24,000 nucleotides of DNA from Peribacillus tepidiphilus (GCF_009466385.1 NZ_WIAQ01000002.1:249678-273677); one strand, 5' to 3'. Shown: positions 8,455 to 18,779, numbered from the stretch's first letter. Made by a program: numbers and translations. The notes: generated by a model not told the origin, from the letters alone.

Positions 8455-8659
8455 CTTCATACAACAAAGAAATCCAGCAGCCCTCAAAAAATTTTTTGCT
8501 TATTGTCTCTTTACTCATGCCAATAGAAGGGTGAAACTTGTACGAAAAACTGTTATCATTTTACATAATACATACCGATTTACTCATGACTTTCGTTGAA
8601 GGTTTTTTGGAAACTGAATAATTGTCCTGAAAATAGTTTTTAACAAGTTGGAGGGAAAA

Positions 8660-10867
8660 ATGGACATAAACCTATATATCAGTAAATTGAAGCGTTTATT
8701 AGAAAATAAGATATTTCAGGGGCTGCTCTTTATTTTTCTTGCTATTTCTTCTTATGCTTTATTATATTCGAACGTAAAACCAGAAAAGATAAACGTAAAA
8801 CTGTTAGAAGTCTCTGACCAAACAATTCGATCTCCAAAAACGATAGAAGATACTGAAAAAACGGAGCAGGAAAAACAAAATGTCCTAAAGGAGGTTCAAG
8901 ATGAATACACGTTAAAAAAAGAATATGCCCAAAACAGGGTTGATTTACTTTCTTCGATCTTCGATTCTGCCAAAGAAGTAAAAAGTGAGGTGGATGCATT
9001 AATAAGTACATCCACAAAAGAGAAGGAAGCGAAAGTAGCAGAAGGAAAAGTAAAAGATCCCATAACAGATGTGAAAATTCCTTCCATAGATGAGCAGATT
9101 GATTCGTTAAAAAGTAAGCTAACGGATGATGTCAATAAAGAACTTTCGTCTTTCGCTTACCGTGCTTTATTGACGGCAAGAGAAGATGAACTTCAAACGG
9201 CAAAAGATGTAACGTTGACGACTGTAAACCATGTGATGAGCTCTAAAATATCAGCAAATGAAGTAGAAAATGCAAAAAAAAGAGCAGAGGAAGAACTGAA
9301 AATTACCAGTCTTAATTCTGATTTAAAAAGGGCAGCCATCGAGCTAGCACGTTTTGCGATTATGCAGAACTATTTCTTCGATCCTGAAAAAACAGAAGAG
9401 CAAAGACAAAAGGCAGCTGAAAGTGTTGAGCCTGTAAAGATCCTGCAGGGACAAATCATTGTTGAGCAGGGTCAGCTTGTAGATCGTGAGATATATAGGC
9501 AATTAAAACTTACTGGATTGCTCGATACAGAAAACTCTGTTCAACCATTTGTTGGACTTGCCCTTTTTATCGCATTAACAATGGGGGCTATGTATTATTA
9601 TTTTCGTGCATTGGATGAAGGGAAAGAAAAATACCAAAGCCAATTGCTGATTTTCAGTATAATATTTCTTCTTTCGATGATTATTATGAAAACGTTAAGT
9701 TTGTTTAATAATAATGATTTTATTGAAATAGGCTATTTCTTTCCTGCAGCGATGGCAGCTTTTTTAATAAAAAATCTTTTAAATGAGAGATTTGCTGTTG
9801 CCACCACCATTATGATTAGTGTTTACGGCTCTATTATTTTTAACAGTGGGATGCCGAATCATTTTAATGTAAGTATTGGAATGTATATGCTATTAAGTGG
9901 ACTTGCTGGAGTGCTGTTATTATCATCTAAGAACTTTCGTTCAAAAATTTTGCAGGCAGGTTTATTCCTTTCTATTATTAATTTAGGGGTTATATTTTCC
10001 ATCCTGTTTATTATGGATGCCCATTTCACCAATGTGGAGTATGCATTGTACGGATTAGCTGCATTTGTATCTGGTATTGCTTCTGCTGTTTTAACTATTG
10101 GGATGCTACCTTTTTTTGAAGCGGGATTTGGAATTCTTTCCACTATGAAACTAATTGAGCTTGCAAATCCAAATCATCCTCTTTTAAGGAAAATTTTGAC
10201 GGAAGCCCCCGGTACTTATCATCATAGTGTCATGGTTGCAAACTTAGCGGAGGCTGCTTGTGAAGCGATCGGGGCAAATGGTTTGCTTGCAAGAGTTGGT
10301 TGCTATTATCATGATATCGGTAAAACGAAACGACCTCAGTTTTTTATTGAAAATCAGATGAATATAGAAAATCCGCATGATCGTCTTCCGCCTGCAACAA
10401 GCAGAGACATTATTATTGCCCATGCGGTAGATGGTGGTAAACTGCTTAGGAAATATAAATTGCCGAAAGAAATTGTTGATATTGCTGAACAGCACCACGG
10501 TACAACCCTGCTTAAGTATTTCTATCATAAAGCTGTAGAAGAAGGAGAAGATGTGAAGGAAGAGGATTTTCGTTATCCTGGACCTAAGGCACAAACAAAG
10601 GAAACGGCCATTATCGGGATTGCAGACAGTGTCGAAGCAGCCGTCCGTTCTATGAAACAGCCTACTCCGGAAAAAATCAAAGGATTGGTAAAAAACATTA
10701 TTAAGGACCGATTGAATGATAATCAATTTGTCGAATGTGATGTAACGATGAAAGAGCTTGATTTAATAGAAAAATCTCTTTGTGAAACATTGAATGGCAT
10801 TTTCCATTCACGTATTGAATACCCAGAATTATCCAAATTGGATGTAAAGAAGGTGAATAGTTCATGA
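8660..10867 (+). CDS. pgpH: 7TM-receptor HD-domain phosphodiesterase (PgpH/YqfF type, cyclic-di-AMP phosphodiesterase family)
   Basis: An N-terminal TM segment and a large charged extracytoplasmic domain are followed by a 7-TM block and an HD domain ([13 protein letters not shown]...YYHDIGK...AEQHHG). The ATG at 8660 follows GGAGGG. The TTG at 8648 is an alternative start. Confidence 0.9.
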   Translation: MDINLYISKLKRLLENKIFQGLLFIFLAISSYALLYSNVKPEKINVKLLEVSDQTIRSPKTIEDTEKTEQEKQNVLKEVQDEYTLKKEYAQNRVDLLSSIFDSAKEVKSEVDALISTSTKEKEAKVAEGKVKDPITDVKIPSIDEQIDSLKSKLTDDVNKELSSFAYRALLTAREDELQTAKDVTLTTVNHVMSSKISANEVENAKKRAEEELKITSLNSDLKRAAIELARFAIMQNYFFDPEKTEEQRQKAAESVEPVKILQGQIIVEQGQLVDREIYRQLKLTGLLDTENSVQPFVGLALFIALTMGAMYYYFRALDEGKEKYQSQLLIFSIIFLLSMIIMKTLSLFNNNDFIEIGYFFPAAMAAFLIKNLLNERFAVATTIMISVYGSIIFNSGMPNHFNVSIGMYMLLSGLAGVLLLSSKNFRSKILQAGLFLSIINLGVIFSILFIMDAHFTNVEYALYGLAAFVSGIASAVLTIGMLPFFEAGFGILSTMKLIELANPNHPLLRKILTEAPGTYHHSVMVANLAEAACEAIGANGLLARVGCYYHDIGKTKRPQFFIENQMNIENPHDRLPPATSRDIIIAHAVDGGKLLRKYKLPKEIVDIAEQHHGTTLLKYFYHKAVEEGEDVKEEDFRYPGPKAQTKETAIIGIADSVEAAVRSMKQPTPEKIKGLVKNIIKDRLNDNQFVECDVTMKELDLIEKSLCETLNGIFHSRIEYPELSKLDVKKVNSS

Positions 10868-11331
10868 GTTTAAGTATTGATTTTTTGGATGAAACAGAAA
10901 AAGTAACAGAAGAAAATATCATGCTCGTTGAAAGTTTGCTTCAATTTGCTGCAAAAAAAGAAGGCATAGAAGAAGCTGAGCTATCGGTAACGTTTGTTGA
11001 CAACAATCGGATCCGTGAAATCAATAAAGAATATCGTAAAAAAGATGCACCTACGGATGTTATATCGTTTGCACTTGAGGAAATGGGTGAGGAAGAAGTA
11101 GGTATTGTCGGCGCAGATATGCCGAGAGTATTGGGAGATATTATAATCTCCATTGAACGTGCTCGGGAGCAAGCTGAGGAATACGGGCATTCCTTTGATC
11201 GTGAGCTCGGATTTTTAGCGTTACATGGTTTGTTGCATCTTTTGGGTTATGACCATATGACAGAAGAAGAAGAGAAAATCATGTTTAGCAAACAGAAGGA
11301 CATATTAAATGAGTATGGACTTCAAAGATAA
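10864..11331 (+). CDS. ybeY: rRNA maturation endoribonuclease YbeY
   Basis: The zinc motif [11 protein letters not shown] is present. The protein is 155 aa. An ATGA overlap with the pgpH stop suggests translational coupling. Confidence 0.93.
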   Translation: MSLSIDFLDETEKVTEENIMLVESLLQFAAKKEGIEEAELSVTFVDNNRIREINKEYRKKDAPTDVISFALEEMGEEEVGIVGADMPRVLGDIIISIERAREQAEEYGHSFDRELGFLALHGLLHLLGYDHMTEEEEKIMFSKQKDILNEYGLQR

Positions 11332-11692
11332 TCAAGGGAAAAAGCCTCCATTTCAAGATAGTGTGCGTTTTGCTTTGGAAGGGATTCGCCATGCTTTTAA
11401 GGTTGAGCGGAATCTACGCATCCACCTGATCATTAGTATTATTGTCATTATGGCTGGATTCCTGCTGTCCCTTTCGCCTTTTGAATGGCTCTTTATCTTT
11501 TCAGCCATTTCTGGAACGATCGTTACTGAAATGATCAATTCAGCTATTGAAAGAACAGTTGATCTAGTAACGAAAGAGTGCCATCCACTAGCAAAACAAG
11601 CAAAAGACATAGCTGCAGGAGCTGTGTTGATTTTTGCTTTTTATTCTGTAATAGTTGGATTTATCATCTTTATACCTAAGCTAGTTAAGTAA
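11309..11692 (+). CDS. dgkA: DgkA-family lipid kinase (undecaprenol/diacylglycerol kinase)
   Basis: 127 aa with three TM segments and the motifs RNLRIH and [12 protein letters not shown]. The SD GAAGGA lies 8 nt upstream. The gene overlaps the ybeY 3' end by 23 nt. Confidence 0.88.
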   Translation: MSMDFKDNQGKKPPFQDSVRFALEGIRHAFKVERNLRIHLIISIIVIMAGFLLSLSPFEWLFIFSAISGTIVTEMINSAIERTVDLVTKECHPLAKQAKDIAAGAVLIFAFYSVIVGFIIFIPKLVK

Positions 11693-11952
11693 TGGATAAG
11701 GAATTAATACTATACAAAAATAAGAATAAAAATGCTTTTTAATTTTCTGACAAATTCATTACACTTTGAATACAATTCCCAATAGACAAACTGCCATGAT
11801 ATAAAATAGAGTTACATCCCTTTTTGAAAGGTAACGTGAATATGGATCAAAAAACTTTAGTTGAACAAAAAGAAGCAAGAGAAGAATTACTACCAGAAGC
11901 ATTTTCACCGGAGGAAATATATGAATATAGAGAATCATACACACACTTATAA
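11692..11952 (+). pseudogene. cdd: Decayed cytidine deaminase (cdd) relic retaining only N- and C-terminal fragments
   Basis: One frame begins at an ATG overlapping the dgkA stop (TAATG) and reads [16 protein letters not shown]. After further in-frame stops (11740, 11767, 11797) it ends in ...[24 protein letters not shown] (stop 11950-11952). The ELLPxAFxPExL tail and the M..ELI head resemble Cdd termini. The zinc-ligand motifs are absent, and the locus is about 150 nt shorter than an intact cdd. Confidence 0.5.
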
Positions 11953-12841
11953 ATCAGGTTTTATTTCGATCATTGGACGACCAAACGTTGGTAAATCTAC
12001 TTTTTTGAATAGAGTTATTGGTCAAAAAATCGCAATTATGAGCGATAAGCCGCAAACGACACGCAATAAAGTGCAGGGTGTTCTTACTCAGAATGACGCT
12101 CAGATGATTTTCATCGATACACCTGGAATTCACAAGCCAAAGCATAAGCTTGGTGACTTTATGATGAAGGTTGCCATCAATACTTTAAAGGAAGTAGATC
12201 TTATTTTGTTCATGGTTAACGTAGAAGAAGGCATTGGTAGAGGCGATGAATTCATCATTGAAAAACTGAAAACTGTGAAGACGCCCGTTTTCCTTGTTTT
12301 GAATAAAATCGATCAAGTTCACCCTGACGAATTGCTCCCTTTAATTGAAAAATATAAGGAGCGTTTTGACTTCCAAGAAATTGTTCCAATTTCTGCACTT
12401 CAAGGAAATAATGTAGAAACGTTACTGACACAAATAAAGGAAATATTGCCAGAGGGCCCTCAATACTATCCTGCCGATCAAGTAACTGATCATCCTGAAA
12501 GATTTATCATTTCTGAATTGATTCGAGAAAAAGCCCTTCATTTAACAAGGGAAGAGGTGCCTCATTCCATTGCAGTGGTGATTGATTCAATCAAGAAAAT
12601 GGAAGAAAGTGAAACCATTCATGTTATGGCTACAATCGTTGTGGAAAGAGATTCACAAAAAGGGATTGTTATTGGTAAGCAAGGAAAAATGCTTAAGGAA
12701 ATTGGTCAACGTGCACGACAGGATATTGAACATCTACTTGGTTCAAAAGTTTTTTTAGAGCTTTGGGTAAAAGTTCAAAAGGATTGGCGCAATAAGCTTT
12801 CCCAGTTACGGGATTATGGCTTTAGAGAAGATGAGTATTAA
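11921..12841 (+). CDS. era: GTPase Era
   Basis: [27 protein letters not shown] (G1), DTPG and NKID are present, with a C-terminal KH domain. The SD GGAGGA (11910-11915) lies 5 nt upstream of the ATG. The track start at 11861 is a spurious extension. Confidence 0.93.
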   Translation: MNIENHTHTYKSGFISIIGRPNVGKSTFLNRVIGQKIAIMSDKPQTTRNKVQGVLTQNDAQMIFIDTPGIHKPKHKLGDFMMKVAINTLKEVDLILFMVNVEEGIGRGDEFIIEKLKTVKTPVFLVLNKIDQVHPDELLPLIEKYKERFDFQEIVPISALQGNNVETLLTQIKEILPEGPQYYPADQVTDHPERFIISELIREKALHLTREEVPHSIAVVIDSIKKMEESETIHVMATIVVERDSQKGIVIGKQGKMLKEIGQRARQDIEHLLGSKVFLELWVKVQKDWRNKLSQLRDYGFREDEY

Positions 12842-12963
12842 GAGAATGATTTTTTAAAAATTATTCTTAGTAATAAATGTTGCTTATGAAAACTTTACGA
12901 ACGGTCAAGCTAATCTTAAAGGTTTGGGATTTACATGCTAGTTTAACGAAAGGTGGGCTTTAC

Positions 12964-13107
12964 ATGTTAGATTTTACTTGGAAAGTTTTTTCAGAGACAG
13001 GCAATATTGATACGTATCTCCTGTTTAAAGAGCTTCAAGTGGAGAAACAAGAAGTAACCGAATTAGTTGAAGAAGAGCTAGCAAAAGTCGATTTCCCCAT
13101 CTTGTAG
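12964..13107 (+). CDS. yqzL: YqzL-family small protein
   Basis: [25 protein letters not shown]..., 47 aa. The SD AAAGGTGGG lies upstream, and the position between era and recO is conserved. The track start at 12877 is a spurious extension. Confidence 0.7.
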   Translation: MLDFTWKVFSETGNIDTYLLFKELQVEKQEVTELVEEELAKVDFPIL

Positions 13108-13141
13108 ACTTGGCCGTCGTAAAAATGGAAGGTGGCTTGTC

Positions 13142-13894
13142 TTGCTGCAAAAATGTGAAGGCATTGTCATTCGTAGGACAGATTACGGAGAAAATAATAA
13201 AATAGTCACGTTATATACCCGGGAATGGGGGAAGGTTGGGGTGATGGCGAGAGGAGCCAATAAGCCGAATAGCCGGCTCTCTGCTGTCACTCAGCTTTTT
13301 TATTACGGATATTATTTAGTGCAGCCTTCCGCAGGGCTTGGAGGTTTACAACAAGGCGAAACAATATCTTCTTTTCGCCATATACGTGAGGACCTGATCG
13401 CAACTGCTTATGCTTCATATATTGTTGAACTATTAGATAAAGCGACGGATGATAAAAAGCCAAACCCTTTCCTATTTGAATTGCTTTTTCAAACATTGAA
13501 CTATATAAATGAAGGCTATGATACGGAAATATTAACGATGATTTTTGAAATGAAGCTGCTACCCGTGTTTGGTATTCATCCAGTATTGGACAGATGTGCA
13601 CATTGTGGAGCAAATGAAGGGGAGTTTGCTTTTTCAGTAAAAGAAGGCGGTTTTTTATGTCATCGTTGCTTTCATCAGGACCGGTATCATATAAAAATTC
13701 ATTCTACAATCATGAAACTTTTGCGTTTGTTTTATTATTTTGATTTAAATAGATTAGGGAACATTTCTATAAAAGATGAAACCAAAAAAATCCTTAGACA
13801 GCTCGTTGATTCGTATTACGAAGAATACTCAGGGGTCCAACTAAAGTCCAAAAGGTTTTTAAAACAGCTGGATACTTTTAAAGGGATGTTTTAA
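13142..13894 (+). CDS. recO: DNA repair protein RecO
   Basis: The TTG start follows GGAAGGTGG. The N-terminus [42 protein letters not shown] matches, as do the Cys cluster CAHCG...CHRC and the motif RLFYYFDL. Confidence 0.92.
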   Translation: MLQKCEGIVIRRTDYGENNKIVTLYTREWGKVGVMARGANKPNSRLSAVTQLFYYGYYLVQPSAGLGGLQQGETISSFRHIREDLIATAYASYIVELLDKATDDKKPNPFLFELLFQTLNYINEGYDTEILTMIFEMKLLPVFGIHPVLDRCAHCGANEGEFAFSVKEGGFLCHRCFHQDRYHIKIHSTIMKLLRLFYYFDLNRLGNISIKDETKKILRQLVDSYYEEYSGVQLKSKRFLKQLDTFKGMF

Positions 13895-13908
13895 TTCATT
13901 AAAGGATG

Positions 13909-13937
13909 TTGACAATAAAAAAACTGTTGGATAAAAT
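13909..13937 (+). promoter_or_regulatory. Sigma-A promoter of the glyQS leader
   Basis: TTGACA (13909-13914), a 17-nt spacer, then TAAAAT (13932-13937). Confidence 0.65.
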
Positions 13938-13943
13938 GCAATT

Positions 13944-14170
13944 AACTAAATAGATGCGTTGAAGGAAAGGAGTACCTAAAAATACTCATGGAAGCGAGCC
14001 TGGGATGGTGTGAGCCGGGTGATGAGCTTTTAGGGAAGGGCAGTCCTGAGCATGCTTATGCCACATTGGCATTGAAAAGAGGTCGTATATAAAACATATA
14101 CGGCAAATAGGGTGGAACCGCGGGTTAACTCTCGTCCCTATGCTTCAAGCATAGGGATGGGAGTTTTTTA
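13944..14170 (+). promoter_or_regulatory. T-box riboswitch leader, glycine-specific (GGC specifier), with terminator/antiterminator
   Basis: The Stem I layout parallels the B. subtilis glyQS leader (GCGUUGAAGGAAAGGAGUA ... AGCGAGCC...). The specifier loop is GAAGGGCAGUCCUGAGCA, with GGC at 14039-14041 followed by A. The T-box sequence AAATAGGGTGGAACCGCG lies at 14105-14122. The terminator stem spans 14129-14163 and is followed by T6. Confidence 0.9.
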
Positions 14171-14231
14171 TTTGTCTACAAGTCTCTATGAAAATCAAAA
14201 ATCAACAACGTAAGATATTTGGAGGTGCTTT

Positions 14232-15122
14232 ATGAACATTCAAAACATGATTTTAACCTTGCAAAAGCATTGGGCAGACCATGGATGTATTTTAATGCAA
14301 GCTTATGACACAGAAAAAGGGGCCGGAACAATGAGTCCTTACACATTCCTGCGAGCGATCGGTCCTGAGCCTTGGAATGTGGCTTATGTTGAGCCATCAA
14401 GAAGACCAGCAGATGGAAGATATGGAGAGAATCCTAATCGTCTATATCAACATCATCAGTTTCAAGTTATTATGAAGCCGTCGCCAGACAACATTCAAGA
14501 AATTTACCTGGATTCTCTTCGTGCCCTTGGAATTGATCCGCTTGAGCACGATATTCGTTTTGTTGAGGATAACTGGGAAAATCCATCATTAGGATGCGCT
14601 GGACTCGGTTGGGAAGTTTGGTTAGACGGAATGGAAATCACACAATTCACATATTTCCAACAGGTTGGTGGATTGGAGTGTAAACCGGTTTCTGTTGAAA
14701 TTACTTATGGAATTGAACGTCTTGCATCCTATATTCAAGAAAAAGAAAATGTATTTGATTTAGAGTGGACAGAAGGCTTTACTGTTCGGGATATTTTCTT
14801 ACAGCCGGAATATGAGCATTCTAAATATACATTTGAAACTTCTGATACAGAAATGCTATTTAATCTTTTCAATATTTATGAAAAAGAAGCTCATCGACAA
14901 ATGGATGAAGGTCTTGTCCATCCTGCATACGACTACGTTTTAAAATGCTCTCACACATTTAACCTTTTAGATGCTAAAGGTGCGATTTCGGTTACCGAAA
15001 GGACAGGATATATTGCGAGATGCCGTAATCTTGCCAGAAAAGTAGCTAAAACCTTCTATGAAGAGCGTGAAAAAATGGGATTCCCAATTTTAAATGGGAA
15101 GGGAGAGAGTACAAATGAGTAA
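14232..15122 (+). CDS. glyQ: Glycine--tRNA ligase alpha subunit
   Basis: 296 aa. The SD is GGAGGTG. Highly conserved GlyQ sequence is present ([46 protein letters not shown]). Confidence 0.96.
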   Translation: MNIQNMILTLQKHWADHGCILMQAYDTEKGAGTMSPYTFLRAIGPEPWNVAYVEPSRRPADGRYGENPNRLYQHHQFQVIMKPSPDNIQEIYLDSLRALGIDPLEHDIRFVEDNWENPSLGCAGLGWEVWLDGMEITQFTYFQQVGGLECKPVSVEITYGIERLASYIQEKENVFDLEWTEGFTVRDIFLQPEYEHSKYTFETSDTEMLFNLFNIYEKEAHRQMDEGLVHPAYDYVLKCSHTFNLLDAKGAISVTERTGYIARCRNLARKVAKTFYEEREKMGFPILNGKGESTNE

Positions 15123-17184
15123 AGATTTGTTAATTGAAATTGGTCTCGAAGAAATGCCTGCTAGGTTCGTTACTTCATCCATTGATCAATTAGCTGAGAA
15201 GCTAGAGAAATGGTTAGAAGAGAAAAAGATTTCTTATGGCACTGTTTCAAAATTTTCAACTCCAAGACGTTTAGGAGTACTGGTCCGTGATGTAGCAGAA
15301 GATCAAGAAGATGTTAGTGAAGAAGTGAAAGGTCCAGCGAAGAAAATAGCTCTTGATGCAGAAGGGAATTGGACGAAAGCAGCAATTGGTTTTACTCGAG
15401 GACAAGGTGTAACAGTTGATGATATTTATTTTAAGGAAATGAACGGTGTAGAATATGTTCATGTCAATAAATTCATTAAAGGCCAGCCGGTAAAGGATTT
15501 GCTACCGGAACTAAAGCATGTCATTTCGGGACTTTCTTTTCCAAAGAACATGCGCTGGGCACATTATGACCTTCGCTACGTTCGTCCGATTAAATGGATG
15601 GTAGCGTTGTTTGGAGAAGAGGTTATACCTTTTTCCATCACAAATGTACAGACAGGTAATAAGTCCTATGGACATCGTTTCCTTGGTGAAGAAATCACCA
15701 TCCAATCACCTGCTTCCTATGAGGAACAACTTGAGAAGCAGTTTGTTATTGCAAATGCAGAGAAACGAAAAGAACAAATTCTAGGACAACTTCGTAATCT
15801 TGAAGAAAAAAATGGCTGGATTATTCCAGTGGATGAGGAACTTTTAGAGGAAGTAAATAATTTAGTTGAGTATCCTACTGCATTATATGGAGGATTCGAA
15901 GAGGAATTTTTAGAGCTACCTGAGCGGGTACTTATTACTTCTATGAAAGAGCATCAACGTTACTTCCCGGTTAAGGATCAGAACGGACAATTGCTCCCAT
16001 TCTTTGTTACAGTACGAAACGGAAATGATAATGGTTTAACTATTGTTTCAAAAGGAAACGAAAAGGTTTTAAGGGCCAGATTAGCAGATGCGGCGTTTTT
16101 CTATAAAGAAGATCAAAAAACAACGATTGAAAGCAGCTTGAAAAAATTAGAAACCATCGTTTATCATGAAGAAATTGGAACCCTATCAGAAAAGGTTCAA
16201 CGGGTTAGAGCATTAACGAATAGAATAGCGAAAAAACTAAATGTATCTGATTCTGACAAAATAATGGCAGATAGAGCAGCAGAAATTTGTAAATTTGATT
16301 TAGTTTCTCATATGGTTTATGAATTCCCTGAGCTTCAAGGATATATGGGTGAGCGTTATGCTCTAATGAAAGGAGAACCTAAAGAGGTTGCTAAAGCCAT
16401 CAATGAGCATTATATGCCACGTCATGCAGAGGATTCAGTACCGACAGGGGTACCTGGAGCTTTACTCAGCGTAGCGGACAAATTGGACACGATCGCTTCG
16501 TGCTTTGCTATCGGAATTATCCCTACAGGTTCACAAGATCCTTATGCCTTAAGAAGACAAGCTATCGGTATTGTTGCTATTCTTTTTGAGAAAAATTGGG
16601 GCGTAACAATCGAAGAATTAATCGATGACTCTTTAGAATTTGTGGATGCAGCAAATATCGGAAAGAGAGACCTAAAAGAAACGAAGAACGATTTAATCAC
16701 TTTCTTTAAAGCGAGAATGAAGCACTTGCTGACTGAAAAAGGTATTCGTTATGATTTGATTGATGCTGTTCTAGAATCTAAGAATGCTTATGTACACCAT
16801 ATTGTAGAAAGAGCGCTCGTTCTGGATGAGAAAAAAGATTCAGAAGGCTTTAAAGAAAGTATGGAGGCATTGAGCCGTGTAATGAATATTGCAGTTAAGA
16901 TGGAAGAAAAGACAGAAGTAGAACCAGCATTATTCGAAAACGAGTATGAAAGTGCTCTCTACAGAAAGTTTAAAGATGTAAAAGCTTCTTTTGAAATAGA
17001 AACGAATGAAAAAGCCAGATTTGAGATATTGGTTTCATTGAAGCCTGAAATCGAACAATATTTTGAACATACGATGGTAATGGCTGATCATGAAAGACTG
17101 AAAAAGAACCGCCTTTCCCTTATGCATGAAATGAGTGAGCTTTTCTTAAGGTATGCAGCGATGAATAAAATATTGACAGCTTAA
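15115..17184 (+). CDS. glyS: Glycine--tRNA ligase beta subunit
   Basis: [18 protein letters not shown] follows the SD GGGAGAGAG. The start overlaps the glyQ stop by 8 nt. The length, about 690 aa, is typical of GlyS. Confidence 0.95.
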   Translation: MSKDLLIEIGLEEMPARFVTSSIDQLAEKLEKWLEEKKISYGTVSKFSTPRRLGVLVRDVAEDQEDVSEEVKGPAKKIALDAEGNWTKAAIGFTRGQGVTVDDIYFKEMNGVEYVHVNKFIKGQPVKDLLPELKHVISGLSFPKNMRWAHYDLRYVRPIKWMVALFGEEVIPFSITNVQTGNKSYGHRFLGEEITIQSPASYEEQLEKQFVIANAEKRKEQILGQLRNLEEKNGWIIPVDEELLEEVNNLVEYPTALYGGFEEEFLELPERVLITSMKEHQRYFPVKDQNGQLLPFFVTVRNGNDNGLTIVSKGNEKVLRARLADAAFFYKEDQKTTIESSLKKLETIVYHEEIGTLSEKVQRVRALTNRIAKKLNVSDSDKIMADRAAEICKFDLVSHMVYEFPELQGYMGERYALMKGEPKEVAKAINEHYMPRHAEDSVPTGVPGALLSVADKLDTIASCFAIGIIPTGSQDPYALRRQAIGIVAILFEKNWGVTIEELIDDSLEFVDAANIGKRDLKETKNDLITFFKARMKHLLTEKGIRYDLIDAVLESKNAYVHHIVERALVLDEKKDSEGFKESMEALSRVMNIAVKMEEKTEVEPALFENEYESALYRKFKDVKASFEIETNEKARFEILVSLKPEIEQYFEHTMVMADHERLKKNRLSLMHEMSELFLRYAAMNKILTA

Positions 17185-17195
17185 TGAACAAAAAG

Positions 17196-17244
17196 ACCGG
17201 GAAAAATGAGAATGAATCTTTACGTGAATTTCCCGGTTTTTCTT
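17196..17244 (+). terminator. Intrinsic terminator after glyS
   Basis: ACCGGGAAA (17196-17204) pairs with TTTCCCGGT (17229-17237), followed by TTTTTCTT. The 24-nt loop is large, which lowers confidence. Confidence 0.6.
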
Positions 17245-17253
17245 ATTGTATAC

Positions 17254-17289
17254 AATAGGTTATAATATTTATAAATAGTATAACCTATT
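17254..17289. repeat. 11-bp perfect inverted repeat (AATAGGTTATA-N14-TATAACCTATT) just upstream of ccpN
   Basis: I read it directly: 17254-17264 is the exact reverse complement of 17279-17289. It is preceded by the 10-bp palindrome TTGTATACAA (17246-17255). It contains TATAAT (17261-17266) and is followed by a T-run. Confidence 0.6.
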
Positions 17290-17319
17290 TTTCTTCGCAA
17301 GAGTTGGGTGGTGAGTAAA

Positions 17320-17946
17320 ATGGAACTAAATAAAAGGCAGGAACAGATTCTACAAATTGTTAAAGAGCAAGGACCGATTACGGGAGAAAATATTGCTGAA
17401 CAACTAAACTTAACGAGAGCGACCTTAAGACCAGACTTAGCTATTCTGACAATGGCAGGGTATTTAGATGCTAGACCACGTGTGGGCTATTTTTATACAG
17501 GAAAATCAGGAGCTCAGCTACTGACAGACAATTTAACAAAAATTTATGTAAAAGATTACCAATCGATCCCGGTAGTTGTAAATGATAGCATTTCTGTTTA
17601 TGATGCCATATGTACGATGTTTCTTGAAGATGTCGGAACGTTGTTTGTTGTTGATCAGCAATCCCTTCTTGTTGGTGTTCTTTCTAGAAAAGATTTGTTA
17701 AGAGCAAGCATCGGAAAACAAGAACTTACAAACATACCGGTCAACATCATTATGACAAGAATGCCAAACATCGCGATGTGTGAAAAAGAAGATTTAATGA
17801 TTGATGTGGCAAAAAAGTTAATTGAAAAACAAATTGATGCTCTGCCGGTTGTTAAAAAAACCGAAAAAGGTTATGAGGTAATTGGAAGAATTACAAAAAC
17901 CAATATTACAAAAGCGTTCGTAGCACTTGCTACAGAGGACTTGTAA
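17320..17946 (+). CDS. ccpN: Transcriptional repressor CcpN (HTH plus tandem CBS domains)
   Basis: [61 protein letters not shown] matches CcpN/YqzB. I prefer the ATG at 17320, preceded by GGTGGTGAG. GTG codons at 17308 and 17311 are alternative starts. Confidence 0.88.
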   Translation: MELNKRQEQILQIVKEQGPITGENIAEQLNLTRATLRPDLAILTMAGYLDARPRVGYFYTGKSGAQLLTDNLTKIYVKDYQSIPVVVNDSISVYDAICTMFLEDVGTLFVVDQQSLLVGVLSRKDLLRASIGKQELTNIPVNIIMTRMPNIAMCEKEDLMIDVAKKLIEKQIDALPVVKKTEKGYEVIGRITKTNITKAFVALATEDL

Positions 17947-17972
17947 GTTGGGTTGGGGGAGTAAGTAGAAAA

Positions 17973-18776
17973 ATGGATACACCGATCATTTATGTTGTTT
18001 CAGACTCAGTGGGTGAAACAGCAGAACTTGTTACAAAAGCAGCTGTAAGTCAATTTGTCGATTCAAATTTTTCAATTGAACGTATTCCATATGTAGAAGA
18101 TGAAGCGAATGTAGATGAGGTTATTTCATTGGCAAAGTTAAATCAAGCAATCATTGCCTATACATTGGTTAGACCTAAGATCAGGGAATACATGAAAGAG
18201 CAGGCTGACAAAGAAAATATATTTGCTTTTGACATCATTGGTCCGCTTATTAATATTCTGCAGCAGCGTTTTAATCTAAAGCCAGTACATGAACCGGGTC
18301 TTGTTCGAAAGCTTGACGACGATTACTTTAAAAGAGTCGAAGCCATTGAATTTGCAGTCAAATATGATGATGGCAGAGATCCTAGAGGAATATTGCGTGC
18401 AGACATTGTATTAGTAGGGGTATCAAGAACATGTAAAACACCATTGTCACAATATTTGGCACATAAACGTTTCAAAGTAGCGAATGTACCACTCGTTCCA
18501 GAAGTGGAGCCTCCGGAAGAATTATTTTTGGTACCTCCTGAAAAGTGTATCGGCTTAAAGATCCAGCCTGAAAAGCTAAACCATATCCGAAAGGAAAGGC
18601 TGAAGTCACTAGGATTAGGTGACCATGCCATCTATGCGAACTTAGAAAGAATTAAGGAAGAGCTTCAATACTTTGATGGAGTTGTTGAGAAGCTTAAGTG
18701 CCCTGTCATCGATGTAACAAACAAAGCAGTGGAAGAAACAGCGAATACAATAATAAACCTTATCCAAAAGAAATAA
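17973..18776 (+). CDS. yqfL: Pyruvate,phosphate dikinase regulatory protein-like kinase/pyrophosphorylase (DUF299, YqfL)
   Basis: 267 aa with the N-terminus [13 protein letters not shown] and the P-loop [11 protein letters not shown]. It is the conserved partner of ccpN. Confidence 0.88.
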   Translation: MDTPIIYVVSDSVGETAELVTKAAVSQFVDSNFSIERIPYVEDEANVDEVISLAKLNQAIIAYTLVRPKIREYMKEQADKENIFAFDIIGPLINILQQRFNLKPVHEPGLVRKLDDDYFKRVEAIEFAVKYDDGRDPRGILRADIVLVGVSRTCKTPLSQYLAHKRFKVANVPLVPEVEPPEELFLVPPEKCIGLKIQPEKLNHIRKERLKSLGLGDHAIYANLERIKEELQYFDGVVEKLKCPVIDVTNKAVEETANTIINLIQKK

Positions 18777-18779
18777 TTA

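Noticed and set aside
8432-8518. 28-codon minus-strand ORF (MSKETISKKFFEGCWISLLYEENKSYTL) and other tiny ORFs in the phoH-pgpH spacer
   Set aside because: It has no SD (the upstream sequence is CCCTTCTATTGGC), it overlaps the phoH terminator hairpin, and it is too short to evaluate. The ATGAGTAAA start merely reflects the 10-nt direct repeat.
8532-8557. ECF-type promoter from TGAAAC at 8532-8537
   Set aside because: The required CGTA or CGTC -10 element is absent at 16-17 nt (the sequence there is TATC/ATCA), so this is a lone hexamer match.
11759-11944. 61-aa minus-strand ORF in the dgkA-era spacer
   Set aside because: It spans AT-rich spacer and the era start region in antisense. It has no SD, and its hydrophobic low-complexity translation reflects the T-rich strand. 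The + strand cdd-relic interpretation explains this DNA better.
12842-12868. AT-rich hairpin immediately after era (GAGAATGATTTTT/AAAAATTATTCTT) as a terminator
   Set aside because: The stem is almost entirely A-T with a 3-nt loop, and no U-tract follows it. yqzL-recO are expected to be co-transcribed with era.
17246-17289. Assigning the ccpN-upstream inverted repeat as a CcpN autoregulatory operator
   Set aside because: The sequence does not fit the CcpN site consensus as I recall it, and ccpN-yqfL is reported to be constitutive in B. subtilis. I kept it as an unexplained repeat only.
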